In this document: positions 9,225 to 18,432 of the stretch, in pieces
Numbering within the stretch: position 1 is the stretch's first letter
Layout of the letters: each line of letters opens with the position of its first letter
IMG/VR virus record: IMGVR_UViG_3300045825_000261
Span: 1 to 64,000 of that record
DNA from: a virus
Length of the DNA: 64,000 nt
Strand: one strand, 5' to 3'
Notes under the pieces: generated by a model
Told to the model about the DNA's origin: nothing
What the model saw: only the letters and a program-made list of their open reading frames with translations
Databases searched by the model: none
Program-made: the position numbers and the translations under genes

Positions 9225-9709
9225 TACCTCCTTGCCACTTTTCTCAGTTCGTTTTTCAATGCGATTGCAGCCTTGCTACCCTTCAAAGAGGGGTCTGCCA
9301 TAATCACAACCTTTGCTGCAAACTTCATGCCTTCGTAAAACGGATTTCCCTTTACCTTCTTTGGCGCGATCACCGGAACGACAGACGTGTACTTAATGTG
9401 TCGTAACACCCTCTGCAAGCGTCCAGAAGCGCCCTTGCGCGAATCGCCAGCACGATACAGCAAACCCTTGCGCTCAAGCGGAGCAAAGCGCGGAGAGAGC
9501 GTTTGGTACTCGATATGAGGGTGTGCCATCTCAATCTCACTCACCGTACAGCCGTCTTTACCAAAACTCTCGATAATGTCAAGAACCGTTTGCTCCAATT
9601 CTGGCAAGTCAAGCGAGCGATAAGCGGCAATTGACGTTGTTGCGATTGCGCTCACAGTTCGACCCACCCGTTCTTCCGCAAGCGCTCTCCGCCTGTACTG
9701 AATGCCCAA
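9224..9709 (-). CDS. winged-helix DNA-binding protein
   Basis: GCTVSEI...YQTLSPRFAPLERKGLL wHTH pattern. Confidence 0.65.
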   Translation of the reverse strand: MGIQYRRRALAEERVGRTVSAIATTSIAAYRSLDLPELEQTVLDIIESFGKDGCTVSEIEMAHPHIEYQTLSPRFAPLERKGLLYRAGDSRKGASGRLQRVLRHIKYTSVVPVIAPKKVKGNPFYEGMKFAAKVVIMADPSLKGSKAAIALKNELRKVARR

Positions 9710-10080
9710 AATGCGTCTTTTGGGCTATTGAACTCTGTACGCTTAAGCCCGGCAGCAACACCGAATTTGGACTCAGTGGTTGAAACAACATAGTCGCCAG
9801 GACTCCATGAGAAAACGATAATCTTCGCCTCGCTTGGATGATGAAACATTCGCTTCATCAGCCGCCGGCCACTTCCGCACTGACTCTGCGCCTCCGTGAC
9901 AATTTCAATAAACTGTCTATCAACAAGCCCCGACAGAGCCATGAACAAAGCGTCAATGGCTGTCGAGAACTGGTCTTCGGTAACGCGCCCCTGATCTAAG
10001 CTCACAATGAGCCAGTCAAGCGTTTCTGTTGATTTGCGGTCGAGCTCCGACTGCGAATCGTAACCTTCGGCGGCGCTCAT
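9652..10080 (-). CDS. hypothetical protein
   Basis: ORF in operon. Confidence 0.7.
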   Translation of the reverse strand: MSAAEGYDSQSELDRKSTETLDWLIVSLDQGRVTEDQFSTAIDALFMALSGLVDRQFIEIVTEAQSQCGSGRRLMKRMFHHPSEAKIIVFSWSPGDYVVSTTESKFGVAAGLKRTEFNSPKDAFWAFSTGGERLRKNGWVEL

Positions 10081-10082
10081 GA

Positions 10083-10649
10083 TTACTTCTTCAGCTTGGC
10101 GATCAGAACATTCAGTTCATCAGCCTTCACCGCCGGCACATCGAGCTTTTCTTCAAACTCAGGCAGGTATTCGGTCACTTCAGGCCACGTCGCAACCAGA
10201 GCTTTAACAGTCGTCACGCCATTCAGCAGACCGTTGATCTTTTCGCGCAGCGCCTTCTTGTCGTCGTAAATGCTGATAAATTCAGCATCCCTTGCGCGAA
10301 TCTCTTTCCACATACCGTGAGTGGACGGAAGTTCGATGCGACCGTAGTTACCGATGTCGGCTGGAACACGCAAACCTTCCGTTGTTGTAATTTCGCCATA
10401 CTCGGCACGAAAGCCTGAGACTTTTGATTGGTAGCGAATCTCATGAGTGGTACTGAAAAAGTGTGGCGGCAACTGCTTCATCAGCGCCAAATGCTTCGGC
10501 TCAACATGCCAGTGCAGTAGTTTGGTGGCGAGCTCATTGTTCAATTTCGCAAGTGCTGCGAGGCGATCCTTGAATAGTGCCGTGACGACATTCTCGCAAA
10601 TCTCTTCGCGAAGGCGAGTTGTCAGACGTTGTGTTGTTTGTTTGCTCAT
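10083..10649 (-). CDS. Nmad5-like (nucleotide-modification-associated domain 5) protein
   Basis: RLTTRLREEI N-terminus and VTTVKALVATWPEVTEYLP C-terminal motif; AGGAG RBS. Confidence 0.6.
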   Translation of the reverse strand: MSKQTTQRLTTRLREEICENVVTALFKDRLAALAKLNNELATKLLHWHVEPKHLALMKQLPPHFFSTTHEIRYQSKVSGFRAEYGEITTTEGLRVPADIGNYGRIELPSTHGMWKEIRARDAEFISIYDDKKALREKINGLLNGVTTVKALVATWPEVTEYLPEFEEKLDVPAVKADELNVLIAKLKK

Positions 10650-10756
10650 TACTTTTCTCCTTGTTGTAAAACTCTGCGCAACATTGCGCGATGTGTTAAT
10701 GATACGGTACATAGTCAGGAATTGAAAGTCAGTTGTGACTTATTCCGGTGAGACTT

Positions 10757-11383
10757 TTAGTGAATCGGGTACTCGCCAGACGCAATCTGATCCATTGAAC
10801 GCTTCGTCACTCTACCAACAACAAAATCAACCGCCGAAATCCGCTCTTTCATATCAACCATGTGACGAGGCAGGTAGAAATGAGGAACTTCAATTCTTTC
10901 ATCAACAGACAGACCGAGAATGATTGAATTCAGATGCTCGATGTAGGCGTTATTCAGCGCAGCTTTCCCATCTTCAACAACAAGGGGAATTCCAGGCTGG
11001 ACAACCACCAAAGCACAGAAGCGGCGATTTGTGACCTCAATACAGCGATCAATGTACTTTGACAGGCGATCCTGCATGTGGGGCTGCACAGAGTCACCCA
11101 CCGCCTCCGCAAGCGTGTATGCCATCAGATCAAGAGGTGTTCTGTCGGTGATGCACAGACTCTTGGCAGAATGTTTGGCATACGTCTCCTCAAAAACTTC
11201 GATGATTCGCTCCTGCACCGACAGTCTGGTTTCAAAACCGTATGTCAGTGCAGGATCGAGCCCCATTTCTTTAAAGACGGCACTTGCAGAAGTCTCGACA
11301 AACTTCAACCCGCTCTTTTTAGAGAAAGAGCGGGCCAGAGAAGACTTCCCTGTTCTGTGGCTGCCACACAAACCGATTGTCAA
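10757..11383 (-). CDS. P-loop nucleotide kinase (AAA_28/NadR-like)
   Basis: GSHRTGKS, ITDRTPLD. Confidence 0.8.
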   Translation of the reverse strand: MTIGLCGSHRTGKSSLARSFSKKSGLKFVETSASAVFKEMGLDPALTYGFETRLSVQERIIEVFEETYAKHSAKSLCITDRTPLDLMAYTLAEAVGDSVQPHMQDRLSKYIDRCIEVTNRRFCALVVVQPGIPLVVEDGKAALNNAYIEHLNSIILGLSVDERIEVPHFYLPRHMVDMKERISAVDFVVGRVTKRSMDQIASGEYPIH

Positions 11384-11737
11384 CTAAGCCACCTTGTCAG
11401 CACGTTCTTGAGCCGCCTTGTCGGAGTAGCCGCCCTTATAGCGAACACCGAGCTTGGCGATATTTGCGTCAAGAGTTTCTTTACGAGTAATGTCGAAGCC
11501 TTGACGCAGACCTTCCATATAAAACTCAAGATCGCCGAGCTCCTCGATCACGTTTTCGCGATCAAGTGGCTTGTTGTAGATGACGTGCTTTTTGACAGCA
11601 TCCAGCAGTTCACCAGATTCGCCAGAGATACCGACAGCCATGTGAAGCGCGTGAGCCTTTTCTGGCGTCAGCGATGCAATGATTGCATCGCCAGGTTTTA
11701 CCAGTGCCGTTACCATTTCGCTGTGAATAATTGTCAT
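11384..11737 (-). CDS. MazG-like NTP pyrophosphohydrolase
   Basis: GESGELLD...EELGDLEFY. Confidence 0.85.
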   Translation of the reverse strand: MTIIHSEMVTALVKPGDAIIASLTPEKAHALHMAVGISGESGELLDAVKKHVIYNKPLDRENVIEELGDLEFYMEGLRQGFDITRKETLDANIAKLGVRYKGGYSDKAAQERADKVA

Positions 11738-12624
11738 GCTTGTTCTCCTTGAATAAATTCTTGTTCGATAACCTTACGGTTTTGAATCCAACCGTAAAAA
11801 TTACCCATAAGTTCCCGATCGTCATACTCGCCTTCTTCGTCTGACTGAAACTTGAACGGCGTAGCCTGATGTTCGAAAGGTGATGCGTGAATCGGAACAG
11901 AGCCGGCCAGTTTATGACACAGGTCGATGTCCTCTTCGATGGTGGCGGTTGAGCCATCATGCTTTAGGTACGAAACGCGACAGCAGCGTGCCGCAGAAAT
12001 CTTAACCAGCGTTTCATCACAGCGGTCGGCACGTTCTTCATCAGTTACATACGGCAGGTGCCACTCATCTGCACTGAGAAGTTTCGGCACAGACAAATTC
12101 ATCGCTTTACGCATCTGAATTGCAAGCTCATGAATTTCAGGCTGCGCATCAGGATGGTCACGAAGGGCGAAGAAGTTATCCCACTCAGTCGCGGTAACGA
12201 CCACATGAATGTGCTGGAATGGCTCAAGAAGGCGATTGACGACCTGCTTGTGATAACCTGCCTCCATCATCTTTTCAGCAACGTCAGCAGCGCGAGCCGC
12301 AGCCTCAATCCAAGCCTCACGCGCAGAAACATCGGCATTTACCTTCGTTCCGAAAAGCGCAAGATTGCACACCGGAGCGTCAAGCTCTTCGTGCGCTTGC
12401 ATCCCTGGAATGTTGGCACCCCAATGAATTGGCATCGCTGGCTCATTGCGAACCATCTCCAGCATCTTCTTCACAGGAATAGCGCGTGAGCTTGAAGCAT
12501 TGCGGCTAAAGACTCGGTGCGTCATAAACTCAGCATGAATGAAACGCGGATAGCACAGTTGCAGAGTCGTAATCCGGTGGCCGGCATCACTGACACTATC
12601 GGCGATAATCTTCGCAGTAATCAT
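11734..12624 (-). CDS. thyX: flavin-dependent thymidylate synthase
   Basis: EFMTHRVFSRNASSSRAIP, HASPFEH. Confidence 0.9.
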   Translation of the reverse strand: MITAKIIADSVSDAGHRITTLQLCYPRFIHAEFMTHRVFSRNASSSRAIPVKKMLEMVRNEPAMPIHWGANIPGMQAHEELDAPVCNLALFGTKVNADVSAREAWIEAAARAADVAEKMMEAGYHKQVVNRLLEPFQHIHVVVTATEWDNFFALRDHPDAQPEIHELAIQMRKAMNLSVPKLLSADEWHLPYVTDEERADRCDETLVKISAARCCRVSYLKHDGSTATIEEDIDLCHKLAGSVPIHASPFEHQATPFKFQSDEEGEYDDRELMGNFYGWIQNRKVIEQEFIQGEQA

Positions 12625-12755
12625 TATTTACCTTCCTTCTTGGTCTGATTATTGTGACCGCGCACGTTGCTCCAGTGTTTTGGCTTAGTTTGCTTCGCGC
12701 CACCGAACCGTTGGTTGTGTGTGGCTTTTGTGTGATTCATTGCATCTTGTGACAT
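12624..12755 (-). CDS. small basic hypothetical protein
   Basis: AAGGAG RBS before MSQDAM; TAATG coupling to thyX. Confidence 0.5.
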   Translation of the reverse strand: MSQDAMNHTKATHNQRFGGAKQTKPKHWSNVRGHNNQTKKEGK

Positions 12756-12768
12756 TGTTTTCTCCTTG

Positions 12769-12975
12769 TTAAATCCACTGTTTGTCAGCTTTGATTTTGT
12801 TCTGGTCGTGAGGCTTGTAAAAACCGTCACCCATAAGCAAAACATTCTTTGTGGCACACAACTGCTTTTTCATTTGCGCACCGCATTTTGAACATTCGAC
12901 AGGCGTGTCCGAAGAGCGTACTAATTTATCGGACACTGTTTCGCCGCAATTACACGCATAGTCAAAAATTGGCAT
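12769..12975 (-). CDS. FmdB-family zinc-ribbon protein
   Basis: MPIFDYACNCG...CSKCG...GDGFY. Confidence 0.85.
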   Translation of the reverse strand: MPIFDYACNCGETVSDKLVRSSDTPVECSKCGAQMKKQLCATKNVLLMGDGFYKPHDQNKIKADKQWI

Positions 12976-13075
12976 AACTACACCTTCTTAAATCGTTTGT
13001 AAGTGATCGCCCCGCAACATGCGCAGAAAGCCGACCACACCAGAAACCACATAACCTCCAGAGTGATCAGCATGA

Positions 13076-13489
13076 TTATTTGTTTAACTTAGGCAGAGGG
13101 AATGGAACTTTTGTTACCGGCTGACAGTGACCGTCATCACCAGCGAACGGCTTGCTCTTAAATTCTTCGTCAGACATGCAGCCCAAAGAAGCAGAGACGG
13201 TGGAACACTTCACCTTGACCAGTTGATTCTTTGCTGGCGAAACGAATGTCTCGGTGGCCCAACCATCACCTTGAGGACAGCTCGGCTCTTGAGTGCTGTC
13301 GCCGGCAACCGTGATGCTGAAGGCTTGTAGAACCGCATTACCCTGACGGTACATTTGAGCGTTGTATTCAGCGTTGCCGCGAGCAGACGCACGAGCATCC
13401 TCAAGCGTTGCGAACGAAACGCCCTTATTGCCACACGCAGTCAATACGAATGCGGACATGATCGCTGCCAAAAGTGCTGTTTTCTTCAT
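13076..13489 (-). CDS. Cys-rich lipoprotein
   Basis: signal peptide with LTAC lipobox; four further Cys. Confidence 0.8.
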   Translation of the reverse strand: MKKTALLAAIMSAFVLTACGNKGVSFATLEDARASARGNAEYNAQMYRQGNAVLQAFSITVAGDSTQEPSCPQGDGWATETFVSPAKNQLVKVKCSTVSASLGCMSDEEFKSKPFAGDDGHCQPVTKVPFPLPKLNK

Positions 13490-13609
13490 TAGTTTTCTCC
13501 TTTAAGTAATCGGGAAAGCGCCGATCACGCTGCTTTATCAATGTCTCTCAACGAGAAACACATGATACTTTCACAAGTCAGGGGTATCAATCACCCATGA
13601 CTTATTTTC

Positions 13610-13771
13610 CTACTTAACCGATTCGACTGCCAAAAACAGCGCCGGATTAACTCTGAGCCGCTCAACTCTTTCAGCGGACAGGTTGCTTTGAAAATGCACC
13701 AAAGCAACACAAACTCGGTCACTGTATATGCCAACAATATTTGTCTTCGTGTTAATTACCGCTAAATTCAT
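13610..13771 (-). CDS. 53-aa hypothetical protein (not in ORF track)
   Basis: AAGGTGAG RBS, MNLAVINTKT...VESVK. Confidence 0.5.
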   Translation of the reverse strand: MNLAVINTKTNIVGIYSDRVCVALVHFQSNLSAERVERLRVNPALFLAVESVK

Positions 13772-13819
13772 ATTCTCACCTTAATTCTGGAACGTAAACA
13801 TATTATAGTCAGTTATGAC

Positions 13820-14029
13820 TTATCTTAGCATTAAAATTGAACGAATACGGTTCAATCTTTCGACATGAAGAAGCGACTGGCTTTTGTGCGTCGCTGGACC
13901 GTTGCGCTGCGCCGCACTCGCTTGCAACGCACTCTGCTCGTGTAACTCAACACGAGCAGGGGCCGTCCATAAGTTTACGGGGCCAAAATAAATGTCAGGC
14001 CATAAAATCACGATGTGCTCAAAGCTCAC
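13820..14029 (-). CDS. hypothetical protein
   Basis: short ORF overlapping the nrdJ end. Confidence 0.35.
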   Translation of the reverse strand: MSFEHIVILWPDIYFGPVNLWTAPARVELHEQSALQASAAQRNGPATHKSQSLLHVERLNRIRSILMLR

Positions 14030-15956
14030 ACACGCCAGCGGTACACGCTAAGGTTTGGGAGCTTACTGTTGTGTCTTCCTTTTCAAAAAGACACAACTCA
14101 GTCCAGTCGATATGTGGCAGCGGGTGATCCTTAACCCATTGCTCATATTCGGCTTCTGTAATTTCTTGAAATGGAGCTTGACTGTAAGAGTGATTTGAGT
14201 GAGGTAAAAAAGATACGCCACTAACTTCGTCAAAGTGCTCCCAAACCCAAGCGCCAACGCTGGGCCATTCGTTATCCTTCACGCTAATAGTTACCGACGG
14301 CTTGTGCATACACCATTCACGCTGATACAGAAGCCATAATTCAAGGTGCTCAATTGCGGTCAAACTATCGCGAGTCAAGCAGCCTTCTGGCGACTTAATG
14401 GCGAAGCTGAACACTGCGCCGGTAGCTGGCTTCATTACGTCATCTTCAACAGGAACGCCCTTATGTTGCATAAATTGATACAGTGGGTCTTTTTTGTCGG
14501 AGCGAACGGTGCGAATGTAATACTTGGAGTGGCGTGTGTGAATGCCTGAAGCTGAATTAACTAAGCTTGAAACTGTTCCGGAAGGCTTAACGCAAGTGAT
14601 CGAAGCTGACGGCTTGACGCCAATTTTTTCAGCCCACTCCTTATTTACCTCAATGGAGTAATCGCGAAGGTCATTCAGAATTTCTGTTAAAACATCATGC
14701 CCGCGTGACCCAGACATGAGTTCATTATCCATAATGCCGGTCAACGACACGCCCAAAAGTGCCTCATCTTGCGTGTTTTTAATCCACTGCTCGCTCAGAA
14801 ACTTGAAATCGGTCATGCTGGACTGGAATGTGCCCATGATGGTGGCGACTCGAACTTTTTCCTTTAGAGTTTCAAAAGTATCTTCGGCACGCACAACCAC
14901 CTCGGTCAAATTGCAGAACTGCTTGTCCTTGAGCAAAATTTCCGAACAAGGATTACAGCCGTAGTTTGCGTTCGGATCGCGACCGAATTTTTCCGCCTGC
15001 TTCTGTGCGGCAACACGGTTAAAGACGCCGCGTTCTCCAGACTTCGACTTAACAAGAGACAGCCACTCTTCCATGAAGATTTCAACTTCAGGTTTTTCGG
15101 TGTAGGCGATACTGTTATTTGCCAGAGCGCGTTCTGGGTGATCCACCCACCATTGACCTGATTTCGCATCTCGAAGGCGCTGGTCTGACAAGTTAGACAA
15201 ACTAATTAAGGCACTGCGACGAACGCCGCCAACAACAACAATTTCGCCAATTACGCACATTAAGTCGTGAACTTCCAGAGAATTTAATTTACGACCAGAT
15301 GCTTTTTTAAATTGCTCCACAGAGTATTCAAACAGGCGTCTAAGAGGAGCAGGGCCAGAAGCACGACCGCCAAACGTCTTAAGACGAGCTCCCGCCGGTC
15401 TGACGCGACTGTAGTCAATTGTCGGAATGTCGCCTTCGTACAACGCCGAAATGAGTCGCTTAAAAGCCTTTGCCCAACCAAGCTTAGAGTCCTCTACGAC
15501 AATTACGTCCTCAACCTTCTTAAGAGCTCCAGGAACTACTGGCAGTTGGGAAATTTCTTGACGTTCGCATGAGAACCCAACACCTGTACCGCACATCAAA
15601 ATGTATAAAGCCTCGGAGAAGCTGCGCTTGGTGTTTACAGCCAAATACGAACAGTTGAAACCTGCGACATTTTCGCGATTAAGAGCCTCACCGGCCGTCA
15701 TAAGCGTTCTCATTGAAGGCATAGTGCGACAGCTAAGAATGGACTGCTTCATTTCTCCCTGAATAAAATCGCTGAATTTGCCACCAAACCTGTTATCGAA
15801 AAAGTTGCAATATCTGCTAACTGTCTCCTCCCACGTTTCACGCCGATTGCTTGCTTCGGTCCAGCGAGCGTAGCGACTAACGTGAATATATTGCTCATAG
15901 GGCGTTGGCAAATATGAATTTTCCACAGAATTGATGAGTTTTAACTTTGATGACAT
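14019..15956 (-). CDS. nrdJ: class II (adenosylcobalamin-dependent) ribonucleotide reductase
   Basis: FNCS, GCNPCSEI, FCNL, TCVKPSGT, C-terminal CTAGVC; no beta subunit nearby. Confidence 0.92.
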   Translation of the reverse strand: MSSKLKLINSVENSYLPTPYEQYIHVSRYARWTEASNRRETWEETVSRYCNFFDNRFGGKFSDFIQGEMKQSILSCRTMPSMRTLMTAGEALNRENVAGFNCSYLAVNTKRSFSEALYILMCGTGVGFSCERQEISQLPVVPGALKKVEDVIVVEDSKLGWAKAFKRLISALYEGDIPTIDYSRVRPAGARLKTFGGRASGPAPLRRLFEYSVEQFKKASGRKLNSLEVHDLMCVIGEIVVVGGVRRSALISLSNLSDQRLRDAKSGQWWVDHPERALANNSIAYTEKPEVEIFMEEWLSLVKSKSGERGVFNRVAAQKQAEKFGRDPNANYGCNPCSEILLKDKQFCNLTEVVVRAEDTFETLKEKVRVATIMGTFQSSMTDFKFLSEQWIKNTQDEALLGVSLTGIMDNELMSGSRGHDVLTEILNDLRDYSIEVNKEWAEKIGVKPSASITCVKPSGTVSSLVNSASGIHTRHSKYYIRTVRSDKKDPLYQFMQHKGVPVEDDVMKPATGAVFSFAIKSPEGCLTRDSLTAIEHLELWLLYQREWCMHKPSVTISVKDNEWPSVGAWVWEHFDEVSGVSFLPHSNHSYSQAPFQEITEAEYEQWVKDHPLPHIDWTELCLFEKEDTTVSSQTLACTAGVCEL

Positions 15957-16033
15957 TATTGAATTTCTCCTGTTAATTAAACTTCTAAAACGCTATTTTA
16001 CGTCACTACTGACTTACTTATCCAGCTAAAAAA

Positions 16034-16321
16034 TCACCAGTGATCCTTAAATTTCTTATCGCTTGGCGAAATAATGCTCTCAACCAGTTGAGGCGATTTG
16101 ATATTCTTGACCGCTCTCAACTCAACGTCTTCATTGTTCGCCAGCGCGTTTCTCAAACCCTCGTCAATCGAAACGCCAGACTCCGACATCAAAACTTCAA
16201 GCGTGATCAACAGTCTGCGAGAATCTCTTGAAAAATTAACAATCATGCCGTCAAGGGGGTTTGTTTGACTAACAATTTTTTTCTCTACCTTGAAATCTAA
16301 AATTCTTGCCAACATTACCAA
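16034..16321 (-). CDS. hypothetical protein, C-terminus KDHW
   Basis: ORF coupled to the upstream gene. Confidence 0.6.
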   Translation of the reverse strand: MVMLARILDFKVEKKIVSQTNPLDGMIVNFSRDSRRLLITLEVLMSESGVSIDEGLRNALANNEDVELRAVKNIKSPQLVESIISPSDKKFKDHW

Positions 16322-16644
16322 GCCTCCTCTATAGATTTTGGACGATCATTACTGATAACAGCCGTCTTGACCGCATCACTATTTATTGAGGCGTTTGCGA
16401 AACTCCCAATCACTTTATCGAACATTCCTGACATCATGAGAGTGCCGGTAGAGTAGTTGGGCGTACTGATTGTTCCGGCTGTAATTGAAGATGCTGATAG
16501 GCTCGCTCCGCAGAGCGTAGTAACGGCCGTTGCACGTGCAGAGGCGACGGCGGTATACGCGGCGTCAGCGGCACTCGGAAGTGGCATCAACAGAGAAGGA
16601 CGGTGGTCCATATTATAAATTTCACTCACTTGTGGTTTATTCAA
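16315..16644 (-). CDS. low-complexity hypothetical protein, C-terminus EEAW
   Basis: ORF in operon. Confidence 0.55.
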   Translation of the reverse strand: MNKPQVSEIYNMDHRPSLLMPLPSAADAAYTAVASARATAVTTLCGASLSASSITAGTISTPNYSTGTLMMSGMFDKVIGSFANASINSDAVKTAVISNDRPKSIEEAW

Positions 16645-17214
16645 TTAAGCCGCCTTCAACCCGCGCAGCATTGCAGTTGCGGCCTTAAATTGCTCCGTCT
16701 TCAATCCGGCCTCGATTGCAGCAACGGCGTCGGCCAGGTGCTCATTGCAATTTTGCGCAACCATAATCCCCTTCGATTTACGCATCATCCAATTTGCATC
16801 TGGATACTTCGTCATACCCCACTCAATCATTTCAATCTTAGAGGCATTCTTCTCACCGATAGCCGCCAACTTAACCTCTGACGGCGTAACCTGAATCAAC
16901 GGTATCGGACATGCGGCGAGAACACCTATACATACGCCGCATGACAACATTGCTCTCGCAGACTGTGAGCCAACAGGCACCTCGGCAATAGCAAACGAAG
17001 CACCATTGCAAGCGGCTACCATTCCGTCATAGCTCATTTTTGCGCGTCTAAGGTCGTCCGAGTTCTTTCTGACAACTTTACCACCCTCAGCGCCAGTCTC
17101 AACAAGGCGCAGATCATCAATGCGCAACTCCATCGTTTCGAGATTAAGCGTAGCTATAGCAATGCCAAAGTTTCGCAAGGATGGATCAAGGCCTACTATT
17201 TTTATCGTTTTCAT
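16645..17214 (-). CDS. ruvC: RuvC-like Holliday junction resolvase
   Basis: VGLDPSLRNFG, AIAE, PSEVK, EHLADAVA. Confidence 0.85.
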   Translation of the reverse strand: MKTIKIVGLDPSLRNFGIAIATLNLETMELRIDDLRLVETGAEGGKVVRKNSDDLRRAKMSYDGMVAACNGASFAIAEVPVGSQSARAMLSCGVCIGVLAACPIPLIQVTPSEVKLAAIGEKNASKIEMIEWGMTKYPDANWMMRKSKGIMVAQNCNEHLADAVAAIEAGLKTEQFKAATAMLRGLKAA

Positions 17215-17756
17215 ATATGACTCCACGTTTTTCCAATTTTGATTTTTCTCACCGTTTCGGCGCTCACTTCAAACATATTTGCAATCTTCAAGCAAGACAG
17301 TTTACCTTCACTTATCAGGGTTTTAATTCCACCAACAGCTTCTTCCGTTAGCTTTGCCATTCCGTTTCTTGAACCACTTGCGCCAACTTTCTTACCGTGC
17401 CTGTAGCGATCATCGGCATTGTCCTGGGCAGTTCCGTAGCGCAGGTTGGTGAGATAGTTGTTCGCGGTGTCGCCATCACCATGACAACCCATTCTGTCAC
17501 TATCCCCAATAAACGCTCGAAGAACTAGACGGTGAACTTTTTTAACTTTGGTAGATTTTCCAGCAACACTATCGCAAAGCGACACGACTCTGTAGCCATA
17601 GCTGTCACTTGTCTGTTTCAGAATGCGCTCCGGCACAAGTTGACGCTTGCCCTTTCCACCGACAACGTATCGCTCCAAACTCTTCACGTTTCCAAAATTC
17701 GACACTTGATAAACGCCTTCGTAATCTGGTATATCTTTCCAAATTTCCTCACTCAT
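17211..17756 (-). mobile_element. free-standing NUMOD4-HNH homing endonuclease
   Basis: EIWKDIPDYEGVYQVSNFGNVKS; VHRLV...CHGDGDTANNYLTNL; C-terminal HTH. Confidence 0.92.
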
Positions 17757-17766
17757 GACTTACCTC

Positions 17767-18432
17767 CTAAAAGCTTCCAAAGCCCAAGTCAGCATAACGC
17801 TCAAACTTCTCAGCGTTAGCCTTCAACTCTGCATCCTTTGCAGCTTCCGCCTTTGCCTCGCGCAATTCATGCGTCAAGCCCCTAGCTACGGCGTTCTTTA
17901 TATATTCTTTAAAGCCGGTAAACACCACATCGGCTTGCGCCTCACCCATTTCCATTTCCGCATAGCTGGTAACGTGGTCAGCCCTGAACACAAAGATCAA
18001 ACTGCCCTTCTTACCAGCATAAGCGGATACCGGAATGAAGTTCTCACCGCCGATATGCGGGTGCTTCGAGTACGTTCCGTCCTTTTTCTTTACCGTTAAG
18101 GACATTGGTTCGCCCAACATAAACGACGTAGGCTCTGCAACCTTGAGCATTTCCGTCAGTTGTGCCGCGAGAACGGTTAAACTCCCGCCGCCATCAGTTT
18201 CATCAAGCGACCATTCCAATGTCTTATCACTCATATCGTCCTCTTTCATTGTTATTTCAGCGAATTCATCAACCCATATCGCCTTTATTTCCTTACCTCT
18301 TATTGATGACATATGCTCGGACGTTATCTTACTAAGCGGCACTGGCGCTGCCGCACCCCATGTTTCAGGATGCGATGAATGAAATCCAGGCGTATTGAAA
18401 AGCGCATCGAGCATTGACCTTCCACCAGCCAT
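17767..18432 (-). CDS. hypothetical protein (internal start at 18234 plausible), C-terminus GFGSF
   Basis: TGATG coupling; internal AGAGGA RBS before MSDKTL. Confidence 0.7.
   Translation of the reverse strand: MAGGRSMLDALFNTPGFHSSHPETWGAAAPVPLSKITSEHMSSIRGKEIKAIWVDEFAEITMKEDDMSDKTLEWSLDETDGGGSLTVLAAQLTEMLKVAEPTSFMLGEPMSLTVKKKDGTYSKHPHIGGENFIPVSAYAGKKGSLIFVFRADHVTSYAEMEMGEAQADVVFTGFKEYIKNAVARGLTHELREAKAEAAKDAELKANAEKFERYADLGFGSF

Noticed and set aside
18260-18310. Terminase-like RG..IWVDE motif
   Set aside because: An isolated short match in a low-confidence N-terminal extension with no Walker A.
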